Below, one piece after another: positions 9,383 to 19,079 of a DNA stretch of 64,000 nt (the first letter of the stretch is position 1; each line of letters starts with the position of its first letter). The stretch covers positions 62,001-126,000 of the IMG/VR virus record IMGVR_UViG_3300005826_000294; one strand, written 5' to 3'. The notes below the pieces were generated by a model. It saw only the letters and a program-made list of their open reading frames with translations, ran no database searches and was not told the origin of the DNA. A program made the position numbers and the translations under genes.

Positions 9383-10699
9383 TTATTTTTGTTCATCAAA
9401 ATCATTTTCCCAAATAAAAACAATTTTATATCCTGCAGTTTTTATTAAGTTTTCTCTTTTAATTGTATTTTCATAAAGAGTACCATATGTTTTTTTATTT
9501 ATAGGATTTATTTCATTTTTGCTATAAATTTTTGGATTCCCATGCCAAAAATCACCATAAAATTCATAAACTATATTTTCAATTAATGCATCAACATAAA
9601 ATTTCTTTTTATTTATAATAATACAAATTTCTCTATTAGATAAATCTATATTTAGTCGGTCTAGCCATAAATTACATTTTTTTGATGAATTTAAATGTTT
9701 TACACAAACTGGACATCCAGCAATCTGACTTCTACTATTAACAGTGGCAAACCAAGAATGATTATTTTTACACTTCCACCACACTTTCTTTGAACTATGT
9801 GGAGTAACATCATATGGAGTTATAGAATTTTTTTTAAAATCCCACTCTAATGCTAAATCTGGGTTTATTGTAAATAAACAATTATCAATACAAACTTTTT
9901 TATTTGAACAATATGGACAATTTGTTCCAAAACTGCGATGGCTCACTGAAGTCTTCCAAGAATGGTTGTTTTTACATTTCCACCAAATTTTTTTTGAACT
10001 ATATGGGGTAACATCATGTGGAGTTATAGAGTTTTTTATATAATCCCACTCTAATACTAAATCTGGATTTATTGTAAATAAACAATTATCAATACAAACT
10101 TTTTTATTTGAACAATATGGACATCCATCTTCACGACATGTTCTATTACATAGAGGAGAATACCAAGAATGATTATTCTTACATTTCCACCAAACTTTCT
10201 TATTAGATTTACTATGAATCATAGAGGGTAAAATTATATTTTTATTATAGTCCCACTCACATAATAATTCTGGATTTCTTATTTTTAAATTATTTATATC
10301 ATTTACAATCTTGCCAGAACAACATGGGCAACCATGATTAGTTCTACTATTTGGAGAATTTTTCCACTCGTATCCACATTTACATTTCCACCAAACTTTT
10401 TTGTTGCTTTTTGCTGTAATTTCATTAGTCTTAATTATATTTTTTTTGCTCCACTCCTTGGCAAGATTATGAGCTTTTACTAATAAAGAATTTTCCAAAC
10501 ATACACGCTGTCCAGAACAATATGGACATCCATCCCCACGAGATATTCTTTTATCAATTGGTGCAAACCAAGAATGATTATTTTTACATTTCCACCAAAC
10601 TTTTTTTGAACTTCCGATTGTAATGTTTTCTGGAAAAATATTATTTTTTATAAAGTCCCACTCACTTACAATACTAAACTCCGAAACCTTAGGTTTCAT
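9383..10699 (-). mobile_element. zinc-ribbon repeat protein with C-terminal PD-(D/E)xK/Vsr-like nuclease; probable free-standing homing endonuclease
   Basis: Five KK[VI]WWKC...W...CP.C repeats; C-terminal FYVDALIENIVYEFYGDFWHGNP...GYKIVFIWE. Confidence 0.75.
9841..10123. repeat. 79-bp direct repeat (9841-9919 and 10045-10123), 204-bp offset
   Basis: Manual alignment shows 2 mismatches in 79 nt. Confidence 0.9.
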
Positions 10700-12878
10700 T
10701 ATCTTCTTCCTTTTTAGAATTTACACCTAAAAGTTTACAATCATAATCTACCATACGTTTAACTAACTCTTCAAACTTTACTTTAGGTTCCCACCCAATA
10801 AGTTCTGTTGTTTTAGAATAATCTCCACAGAGATCATTTACTTCGGCAGCTCGCATATAAAACCTATCAATTTCTACATAATCTTCCCAATTTAATCCAA
10901 CATGACCAAAAGCAATTTCGCAAAACTCTTTAACTGAGTGAGTCTCTCCCGTTGCAAATATATAATCATTTGGTTTAGGTTGTTGAAGAGTCATAATAAA
11001 ACCCTCACAATATTCTTTGGCTAACCCCCAATCTCGTCTTGCATTTAAATTACCCAACTTTAACTTAAAACTTGGATTTTTAAGAGCCTGTGCTACACCC
11101 ATAGATATTTTTCTAGTTACGAAATTTGGGCCTCTTCTCCCCGGTTCTTCATGGTTGAACGTTACTCCAGCACAACAATACATATTATATGATTCTCTAT
11201 ACAATCTTATAAAATGATGACTAGCAACCTTAGCTATCGCATATGGACTTTGTGGCATATAAATAGTTTCAGTATTTTGAGGAGCAGGAGAAGAACCAAA
11301 CATTTCACTAGTATTGTGAACTAAGATTGGAGACACACCACAATACCATTTTTCAGTATCCTTAACTGAAAAATCACCAACACGCTGATGTATATGAAGT
11401 TTTTCTATTTGTTGTATTTTTTCCATATTAATATCTGAATTTTCAAAATGGCACAAATTTTCTCCAGAGATATTTTTTATATTAATATCTTTCTTTTGTA
11501 TTTTATAACTAGAGAAGTTATGTAACTCATCCTTTGAAATTATAATATCCCAAACTAAAGAATCTTTAGTTAGTATTTGTTGTGGCAATAAGAATGATTT
11601 AACAAATCTATTATGTAAATGCCCACCAATACCAATTAATCTTAATAACCATAATATATCAATTGCCAAATCCTTATATATAGTTGTATATTTTATTTCT
11701 CTTTCATCTATTTTAGCGCCTCCTAAATAACCATTTAAAAAAGAAATCTTTACACTTGTTGAAGATTCATATAATTCACTAGGTAATCTTTTAGAATGAG
11801 AATTATTTTCAGCATATTTAGAAAAAAAAGAACAAATTTTTCTTTTACATATGGACACTTGAGTAGAATTTTTTTTAATCCTAATATTACTCTTATATTT
11901 AAAATATTTTTCAATTATATTTTTAGTTTCTTCTGATCTATTACAATTAAAAGCATGGTTGCTAAATGTTAAAGTTATACTTTCATTTCCATGACTTTTA
12001 GAATAATATCCTTCTGCCATATAAATTCCTAATAAATATGCTATTTCTTCATTTAATAAAATACTTTCATTAAATTTACTATTTAAAATTTTAGTTCCCT
12101 TATTTCGCTCTACTTTATGTTTTAAAAAAAAATCCCATTTTAGTTTCTTATATTTATCATGTTTGTAAAAATCTTCTTGATTACAAAAAGTTATTAAATG
12201 GTCACCAACAGATAAATCCGAAACTTTAGTTTCAACAAACCTATTATTATATAAAGTAATCAAAGAATGATCTGGAGTCACAATTAAATCTTTTCCCCCA
12301 GAAAAACTAATTTTATAAACTTGTTTAAATCCATGATCAACAACATCCATTACTTGCTTAAAACATGTTTTTCCATCATTATCAGCTGTTAAAACCTCAA
12401 ACGAATTATGTTCGCCCTTCTTCCATAAATTAAAAGCATTTTCTAATGTAGTTCTATTCAACACTCCATTATATTTAATTAATACCGGAGTATTAAAAAC
12501 TATTGAACTCGCATGAAAAATTCTTGTAGAATAACCTAACAATTTAATACTTTCTAAAATATTAACAACTCCTTTTGTATCGATATCTAATGTAGCTAAT
12601 GGTTGTTCAAAACTCGTATGAACGTGAGACATTGCTGCCATATTATATAATTCATGAGGACGAGTATCTCGAACGATGCGTAACATTGAAGACATATCAG
12701 TAATATCACCTTCAAAAATATCAATCTTATTTTCCAAATGAACTACATTGCCAAAATTATTGGTTGCATTTCTTCTCATTACACCAATTACATTATATTC
12801 CTTTTCTAATAATAAATCGGCTAATAAACTTCCATCTTGGCCACAAATTCCTATTATTAATGCAGTTTTTTTCTTCAT
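10689..12878 (-). CDS. gmd: GDP-mannose 4,6-dehydratase interrupted by an intein
   Basis: GICGQDGSLLA, YNMAAMSHVHTSF, IFHAS[intein]TSEMFG, PQSPYAIAK, FNHEEPGRRGPNFVTRKI, LGNLNARRDWG; spliced length 331 aa. Confidence 0.95.
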   Translation of the reverse strand: MKKKTALIIGICGQDGSLLADLLLEKEYNVIGVMRRNATNNFGNVVHLENKIDIFEGDITDMSSMLRIVRDTRPHELYNMAAMSHVHTSFEQPLATLDIDTKGVVNILESIKLLGYSTRIFHASSIVFNTPVLIKYNGVLNRTTLENAFNLWKKGEHNSFEVLTADNDGKTCFKQVMDVVDHGFKQVYKISFSGGKDLIVTPDHSLITLYNNRFVETKVSDLSVGDHLITFCNQEDFYKHDKYKKLKWDFFLKHKVERNKGTKILNSKFNESILLNEEIAYLLGIYMAEGYYSKSHGNESITLTFSNHAFNCNRSEETKNIIEKYFKYKSNIRIKKNSTQVSICKRKICSFFSKYAENNSHSKRLPSELYESSTSVKISFLNGYLGGAKIDEREIKYTTIYKDLAIDILWLLRLIGIGGHLHNRFVKSFLLPQQILTKDSLVWDIIISKDELHNFSSYKIQKKDINIKNISGENLCHFENSDINMEKIQQIEKLHIHQRVGDFSVKDTEKWYCGVSPILVHNTSEMFGSSPAPQNTETIYMPQSPYAIAKVASHHFIRLYRESYNMYCCAGVTFNHEEPGRRGPNFVTRKISMGVAQALKNPSFKLKLGNLNARRDWGLAKEYCEGFIMTLQQPKPNDYIFATGETHSVKEFCEIAFGHVGLNWEDYVEIDRFYMRAAEVNDLCGDYSKTTELIGWEPKVKFEELVKRMVDYDCKLLGVNSKKEEDNET
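11313..12506 (-). mobile_element. intein (398 aa) with degenerate LAGLIDADG endonuclease
   Basis: Starts SIVFNTPVL, block B TPDH, block C YLLGIYMAEGY, block E FLNGYLGGAK, block F VGDFSV, ends LVHN followed by Thr. Confidence 0.93.
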
Positions 12879-13795
12879 TAAAGTCCCCGTAAATTTGGAT
12901 AATTTTTAATAAACCATTTATATGTTTTTTCTAAACCAGTAAAAAGTGTAGTAAATTTTATATCATTTTTTATTAAATTTTTAAATTTTGTTGTATCAGA
13001 TGGTTTTTTAAATTGTCCTTCTGGCATATTAGTATTAAAAACTATGTTACCATTATATTCAACAACTTTTTTAATATTTTTAACAAGTTCATTAATAGAA
13101 TATTCTTTATTATATCCAATATTAATAGGTTCCTCTTCATTATAATGTTCCATTACATAAATCATACAATCAGCAATATCAGATGAATATGTAAATTCTC
13201 TCATACAATTTCCAGAACCCCAAATTTCTATCTCATTTAAATTATTAAGTTTTGCTTCATGAAATCTTAACATTAATGCTGGAATTACATGACAACCATA
13301 TCCATACTGATCATTTGGACCATATATATTATTTGGGATCACACAAACAAAATTACATCCATATTGTTTTCTATATACTCTTGATTGAACATCAAGCATT
13401 CTTTTTGTAAAAGCATATGAAAAATTTGATTGATGAGGAAAACCATTATGTAATTGGTCTTCTGTTAATGGATAGTTTACATTATCTGGATAAACACAAG
13501 TACTTAAAACAGATATAACCTTTTTTACTTCTGTTTTATAACATGCATCTAAAACATTTGAATTTATTCTTATATTTTGTATATAAAATTCTGCTAGATA
13601 TTTAGAATTTTCTAAAACACCTCCAACACGAGATGCAAGATGAAAAACTATATCTGGTTTATTTTTTAACATAAAAGATAATACTTTTTCACTATTTTCT
13701 AAATCTAATTCTTTTCTTGTAGGGCAAATTGAATATATTTTTTTTCTTAATGCTCTTCCTAACATTCCATGTCCACCAGTAATTACGACTTTCAT
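12878..13795 (-). CDS. fcl: GDP-L-fucose synthase
   Basis: ITGGHGMLG, HLASRVGGV, STCVYP, YAFTKR, PNNIYGPND, WGSGNCMREFTY; adjacent to gmd. Confidence 0.92.
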   Translation of the reverse strand: MKVVITGGHGMLGRALRKKIYSICPTRKELDLENSEKVLSFMLKNKPDIVFHLASRVGGVLENSKYLAEFYIQNIRINSNVLDACYKTEVKKVISVLSTCVYPDNVNYPLTEDQLHNGFPHQSNFSYAFTKRMLDVQSRVYRKQYGCNFVCVIPNNIYGPNDQYGYGCHVIPALMLRFHEAKLNNLNEIEIWGSGNCMREFTYSSDIADCMIYVMEHYNEEEPINIGYNKEYSINELVKNIKKVVEYNGNIVFNTNMPEGQFKKPSDTTKFKNLIKNDIKFTTLFTGLEKTYKWFIKNYPNLRGL

Positions 13796-13811
13796 TTATT
13801 ACTCCTTAATA

Positions 13812-14639
13812 TTAAAAAATTTCATGACTAATAATAACTTTTGGATCTCCCCAAATATGATCTGTATTTGCTATATAATTATAATTTTTTAAATTTTCTC
13901 GCATTAATAAAAGATTTTTATCTCTCATTTCTTTTTCTGTGTATCGTAAAATATGTTTTTTTGTATTTAAATTTGAATGATCTTGATGAATTCCAATTAT
14001 ATTATGTTCAAAAACAGGAGTAACTCCAAACATTTTCATTCGATTAGAAAAATCATCATCTTCAGCACAAAACCCTTCACCAAATCTTTCATCTATTCCT
14101 CCTATTTTTTCTACATATTCTTTCTTAACAACACAAAAATAATAATAAGCAGGTGGATGAGGAGGTCTAGTTAAACAATTATTTTTTGCACCTGGAAGTT
14201 TTAATAAACCATCAAATGATTTATTCCAATTTTTATTGATAATATCAATAAAAATACTATTTGACTTATATACTAATCCATATCCACATTGTTTTCTATT
14301 AATAAATGAAGATGCTACTTTTATATTATTTTTATTTTGAAGGGTTTCTGGGCCAGTTATACAAACAATATTACTTCTAGCCATTCTCATTCCAACATTA
14401 TTACTTAATACAGGAGTAAATGTTGTAATTGGAACATCACATTTAGAATTATCTATTTGAATATATTGGAAGTTTAAGTTAGGATAATTATTACATAATT
14501 CTCTTATATCTTGCCTATTTCCATCATCAATAAGAACGAGTTCAAAATCTTTTTCTGTTTGATTATTCCAAGTATCAAGAGCGCGATTAAAATAAGAAAA
14601 TCTATTATCACATAAAGATATTACCACTGAAACTTTCAT
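13812..14639 (-). CDS. GT2-family glycosyltransferase, paralog of the C-terminal domain of 29847-31358
   Basis: FELVLIDDG, NNVGMRMARS, GGIDERFGEGFCAEDDDF; shared ITGPETL and GIHQDH motifs. Confidence 0.85.
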   Translation of the reverse strand: MKVSVVISLCDNRFSYFNRALDTWNNQTEKDFELVLIDDGNRQDIRELCNNYPNLNFQYIQIDNSKCDVPITTFTPVLSNNVGMRMARSNIVCITGPETLQNKNNIKVASSFINRKQCGYGLVYKSNSIFIDIINKNWNKSFDGLLKLPGAKNNCLTRPPHPPAYYYFCVVKKEYVEKIGGIDERFGEGFCAEDDDFSNRMKMFGVTPVFEHNIIGIHQDHSNLNTKKHILRYTEKEMRDKNLLLMRENLKNYNYIANTDHIWGDPKVIISHEIF

Positions 14640-14645
14640 TGCGAT

Positions 14646-15575
14646 TTATTCCTTTATTACATAATATTTAACAAAAGATCTCATAATCATTTCTATAATA
14701 TCTTGTTTTGGATGAACAGGTTCTCCAAATGGGTTTTCTACATATTCTTTTATAATCTCATATGCTGGCCAATAATAAACATTATTTTCTTTTCCATAAC
14801 TAGTAACAATATTATCTACTGAAGCTCTTAAAATAGATTTAGAAACACAATTTGCCGTAATGCAAGAAACTGTTCTAAATGTCGCAATTAATGGAATCGG
14901 AGAAACAGTAAATACTATAGAAGATTTTGGTCTATGTTTTTTTATTAACTTAACAATTATATTAAGATTATCAACATTTTCTTGATATGAAACTATTCTA
15001 AAACCATGTTTATTTGGGTCAAAACTATCTTTTACTGGAGTTTTCCAATAAACCTCATTTGTTTGCTTATTATACCAAATTTCTGAAAGACCTACCGTAA
15101 TAATAAAAACATCTGTTTTATCAAATTGTTTTTTCGTTGCCTCTCTCATACTTTTACTATATTCTAATGGCTTTTTTTCACGCGTATGCCATAATTTATC
15201 TGAAAATTCTTTATCATTCCAAGACCACTCAAATTGTTGAGCAATAGTATATGTATTTACTATTTCTGCTGCATATCTCACCACATATGGTTCTTTATCT
15301 AATTTATTTAAATTAAATCCTTGATTTTTTAAATGTGTTATAATATATTCAGCAAAGCAACTACCAAAAGCCGTAATTATACTTGATTTGGTTATAAAAG
15401 GTTTTTCTGGTATCCAACCATATAAAACATATCTAAAAAGAGCATCTTCTTCTTGCAAATTTTCTTTACTGGGCCAAAAATTCGCTTCCGGACCCCTGTT
15501 AAAATATGGAATGGCAAACGCAACCCTCTTATCAGGTAAACCGGGTCCTTTATAATTTTTCTCATTTGTAGTCAT
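14646..15575 (-). CDS. GSCFA-domain protein
   Basis: TAFGSCFAE, FIITVGLSEIW, IVFTVSPIPLIATF, SKSILRA, YWPAYEI. Confidence 0.85.
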   Translation of the reverse strand: MTTNEKNYKGPGLPDKRVAFAIPYFNRGPEANFWPSKENLQEEDALFRYVLYGWIPEKPFITKSSIITAFGSCFAEYIITHLKNQGFNLNKLDKEPYVVRYAAEIVNTYTIAQQFEWSWNDKEFSDKLWHTREKKPLEYSKSMREATKKQFDKTDVFIITVGLSEIWYNKQTNEVYWKTPVKDSFDPNKHGFRIVSYQENVDNLNIIVKLIKKHRPKSSIVFTVSPIPLIATFRTVSCITANCVSKSILRASVDNIVTSYGKENNVYYWPAYEIIKEYVENPFGEPVHPKQDIIEMIMRSFVKYYVIKE

Positions 15576-15585
15576 TTAATTTTCC

Positions 15586-15849
15586 TTATATAAACCATTC
15601 AGCAAATCTACTTAATATATTATGTTTTATATAATATTCCAAATCTTTCATTTCTTTAACTTTTCCAGATAGTTCCGGGTCAATAATTTTTGAATAATCA
15701 ATATATTTTATAGTTGTCCAAAATCCATCAATTGCTATCATTTTGGCCACCATTTGCTTCGTATATTTAAATATATCAGGCATAGTGTAATGTTCTAAAA
15801 TTAATAGAAAATATATATATAAAATGCTACTTTTTAATAGTCTTTTCAT
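15586..15849 (-). CDS. hypothetical protein
   Basis: 87-aa ORF, ATGA-coupled to the upstream gene. Confidence 0.55.
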   Translation of the reverse strand: MKRLLKSSILYIYFLLILEHYTMPDIFKYTKQMVAKMIAIDGFWTTIKYIDYSKIIDPELSGKVKEMKDLEYYIKHNILSRFAEWFI

Positions 15850-16562
15850 CTACTAGAAGCACACCTTTTACAAATATCTAAAAATCTATCTCCATTACTT
15901 AATTTATTATAAACCTCATGTAATTTACCTTCTTTAATAATCTCTTCTAAAGTCATATATTTTAAATCTCCAAATATATATTTTCTTTTCCATTCTCTAC
16001 AACATAATGACAAATTTCCATTATGGGTTATTATTAATTCATTTAAAGGGGCAAAACATGGTTTTTTACAATTTATTAATGGTTTATCATAGATTTCTAA
16101 ATGATCTGATATGAGTTTTGTTTTTACTATTTTGTGTTTAATGTCTATTTTTAAATTTGACACATTATAAAAATCTTTTTCAAAATAAGCAGAAACATGC
16201 AAATCAGTTAAACCAACATTTATTAACTCATCCAAGTATTTTTGAGTTAATAATGACCCATTAGTAGATAAATAAATATTAGAATTAGGACAATATTTTT
16301 TTGCGTTTTTTATTAATTCTATCAATCTTTTATCTATTGTTGGTTCATTATAAGTATGAAAAGCTATTAAACCATTGAAATTAAATAGATATAGAGAATT
16401 AAATATAGAATAAATAATATTAGTTGGCAAAATTATAGATTTTTTTTCTAAACTAACTGGACATTCTTTATGAATTTTAGAATAATTACATTGGTTTGAT
16501 ATTTCTATAGAAACTCGGTTTGTATGTTTAAACAATTCATTTTCCATAATTTTATTTTTCAA
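15846..16562 (-). CDS. radical SAM/SPASM-domain protein with a non-canonical cluster motif
   Basis: IEISNQCNYSKIHKECP, FHTYNEP, STNGSLL, CFAP...NGNLSLCC...CKRC; TTG start 7 nt after GGAGG. Confidence 0.8.
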   Translation of the reverse strand: MKNKIMENELFKHTNRVSIEISNQCNYSKIHKECPVSLEKKSIILPTNIIYSIFNSLYLFNFNGLIAFHTYNEPTIDKRLIELIKNAKKYCPNSNIYLSTNGSLLTQKYLDELINVGLTDLHVSAYFEKDFYNVSNLKIDIKHKIVKTKLISDHLEIYDKPLINCKKPCFAPLNELIITHNGNLSLCCREWKRKYIFGDLKYMTLEEIIKEGKLHEVYNKLSNGDRFLDICKRCASSR

Positions 16563-16637
16563 AAAAACCCTCCAAAAAACATAACTTTTTACACTATTAA
16601 TAAAAAAATAATAATATATATATTAGGAGAATATTCT

Positions 16638-17198
16638 ATGATAAAAAAATATGATAGGCAGACAAAATCTTTAGTCGATAATATAAAAAATATAGAAAAT
16701 GGATATGAAAAATTTTTATTATATATTGGTGGAGGAAATAGATGTTATTTATTAAATGACTTTCAAAAATGGAAATATGAAATAGAAATAATAGAAATAT
16801 GGAAACCTAATGTTGATTTTTTAAAAAAAACTTTTTCATTTCCAGTAATACATGGAGATATAAGAAATTTTAAAACAATAATTAATAAATCTTATGATAT
16901 TTGTTGTTGGTGGCATGGTCCAGAACATATTAATAAAAATGATTTTGAAAAACTTTTGCCAAAATTAGAACAAAAATGTAAACTACTTATTTTAGGATGT
17001 CCAGAGGGATATTCTCCACAAGAAGAAATAAATGGAAATCCATATGAAAAACATTTATGGTCAGTTGAAACAGAATATCTAAAAAATATGGGATTTTCTG
17101 TTTCAGTTATAACAGATAGAGTTTATTTTGATAAAAAAACAGAAACTTTTAAAAAAGATTGTAATCATATTACTGCTTGGAAAGAAAACTTAAAATAA
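16638..17198 (+). CDS. class I SAM-dependent methyltransferase-like protein
   Basis: LLYIGGG (motif I-like), EIIEIW, IHGDI, YDICCWWHGPEH; AGGAG upstream of ATG at 16638. Confidence 0.65.
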   Translation: MIKKYDRQTKSLVDNIKNIENGYEKFLLYIGGGNRCYLLNDFQKWKYEIEIIEIWKPNVDFLKKTFSFPVIHGDIRNFKTIINKSYDICCWWHGPEHINKNDFEKLLPKLEQKCKLLILGCPEGYSPQEEINGNPYEKHLWSVETEYLKNMGFSVSVITDRVYFDKKTETFKKDCNHITAWKENLK

Positions 17199-17216
17199 AC
17201 TTTAAAAGGATCACAT

Positions 17217-17918
17217 ATGAAACCAATATTTTTATATCATGTTGAAAAAACTGGCGGAAGAAGTTTGCGTATTTCATTTATAAAACATTTGGTTGAAAAG
17301 TATAAAAGTGAAATAGATCCTTTTGAAATTCATTTTAAATCATGGGGAGGAAGGTATTTTGAAGTAGGCCCCTATATAATCGGTGGAGAAAATAATAACG
17401 TTCCATTTCAAGGCACTCATGGATTATATAACGAAAATATTGATAATGATCATTATAGAATAGTAATTTTACGGAATCCAATAAATAGAATTTTTTCATT
17501 TATTCGTATGCTTTATGCTTTTGAATCAAGAAAAAGTAGTTCAAAATTTCATTTAGAACATAAATATCTTATTGAAAATGGAATTGAAAATTTTTCTGAA
17601 ATGTGCCCAGATGAAATTCTTAATAAACAGGTCTATACATTTTCCCAAATATTTTCAATACAGGAAGCTTTTGAAAAAATTAAAAATTTAGATTTAGTAA
17701 TGTTTACAGAATATTTTCAAGATGGATTGGATCAAATTTCTAATGATTTAAATTTAATACCAAAATTAGAAAATATTTATTTTAAAGGAGAAAGCGAATA
17801 CGGGCCCGGTAATGATGAAATTCTTAATAAAGACAATATATTAATACAACAATTAGAAGAAAAATTAAATTTAGATATAGAATTGTATCAAAAATGTTTA
17901 GATATGTTTCATAAATAA
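17217..17918 (+). CDS. sulfotransferase-like protein (Sulfotransfer_2 type)
   Basis: FLYHVEKTGGRS (5'-PSB-like) and ILRNPINRIFS (3'-PB-like); AAGGA upstream. Confidence 0.75.
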   Translation: MKPIFLYHVEKTGGRSLRISFIKHLVEKYKSEIDPFEIHFKSWGGRYFEVGPYIIGGENNNVPFQGTHGLYNENIDNDHYRIVILRNPINRIFSFIRMLYAFESRKSSSKFHLEHKYLIENGIENFSEMCPDEILNKQVYTFSQIFSIQEAFEKIKNLDLVMFTEYFQDGLDQISNDLNLIPKLENIYFKGESEYGPGNDEILNKDNILIQQLEEKLNLDIELYQKCLDMFHK

Positions 17919-18346
17919 TCTTCAATATAATCACTACAAATTCCAGCAACATTTTGTAAATTTTTTAATTTAACATTATAATTTTCTGGTAAAACAGCAA
18001 TAACATCTTTTTCATAATTATATGTTGGAAATGCCCAAATAAATCCTTTTGAAGTAACAGTATATTCATCTGTTTGATGCCAAAAACAATGAATATTCAT
18101 ATTAAGCATTTTTAATAATGCAGCATAATTTTTAGCATGACACCATAAACCTTTATTTTTTAAAAACTCTTCATTTATCACATAAATGGGAGAATCATGT
18201 CCCAAAAAAAATACACCACATAAATCCCATACATCAATTTCAACATCAAATTGATCTAATATTTTTATAATATGATCTGGATTATTTTCTAATTTTGAAG
18301 GGCCATTTATGTTACCACGATGTGATATGTATTTCATTTTATTCAT
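17909..18346 (-). CDS. PLC/GDPD-like phosphodiesterase-fold protein
   Basis: YISHRGN, EN, DVEIDVW, LGHD, WCHAKN; start uncertain (18337 or 18346). Confidence 0.6.
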   Translation of the reverse strand: MNKMKYISHRGNINGPSKLENNPDHIIKILDQFDVEIDVWDLCGVFFLGHDSPIYVINEEFLKNKGLWCHAKNYAALLKMLNMNIHCFWHQTDEYTVTSKGFIWAFPTYNYEKDVIAVLPENYNVKLKNLQNVAGICSDYIEDYL

Positions 18347-19079
18347 GATTTTCTTTATAATATTTATCTCCATGATCTATTATTATTTGTAATTCATTAT
18401 CAGTTAAATTAATAAATTTATTAACTAAATCTTTATCCATTTCTAAAAAAGATGGATTTTTTTCTGTTAATAACCAAACAATAGAATCTGGATTTATAAA
18501 AAATTGTATATTTTTTCTAACTCTATGAGACCATTCAATATCTTCAGACTCACCCCAAGACAATCGTTCATCTAAAGGATATTTTTCCATTATTTCTTTT
18601 TTTGCTACCCAATATGCTCCAGAAATATACATTATATTAGTAAGTCCTAAATCTCTATAAGGAAGTAATCTATTATATCTTTTATTAGTAATATGTGAAA
18701 TATTAGCCATAGCATCAATGGTCCAATCTCTATATCTTTTACCACTTGGAGTTTTCATTTTAGTCATACAAATAGAAAAATTATTACCAAATTTTAAAAA
18801 TCCATTATACCAATTTTTATCTAATTTTATATAATCATGAAGAAAAACTATATTTTCATAATTAGAATTTTTAGTTATTATATTTTTCTTTTTAGTAATC
18901 CATTTTGGTTTTATAGTCTCATCAAAAGGAATATTTTTAATAAAATCTCCATTAATCTCACTATTACCAACTATAATTATTTCATAATTTTGTATTTTTT
19001 GTTCTTTAATAGAATTTATTATTTTTAATATTCTATTATCTGCTCCACCACCAGTAATTATTCCAAATGTAAAATTCAT
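18339..19079 (-). CDS. GT2-like glycosyltransferase
   Basis: YEIIIVG, KKNII, IVFLHDY, ISGAYWVAK, PLDERLSWGESEDIEWS. Confidence 0.75.
   Translation of the reverse strand: MNFTFGIITGGGADNRILKIINSIKEQKIQNYEIIIVGNSEINGDFIKNIPFDETIKPKWITKKKNIITKNSNYENIVFLHDYIKLDKNWYNGFLKFGNNFSICMTKMKTPSGKRYRDWTIDAMANISHITNKRYNRLLPYRDLGLTNIMYISGAYWVAKKEIMEKYPLDERLSWGESEDIEWSHRVRKNIQFFINPDSIVWLLTEKNPSFLEMDKDLVNKFINLTDNELQIIIDHGDKYYKENHE

Noticed and set aside
16563-17918. Invertible phase-variable cassette
   Set aside because: No terminal inverted repeats and no invertase/recombinase found; kept only as an orientation anomaly
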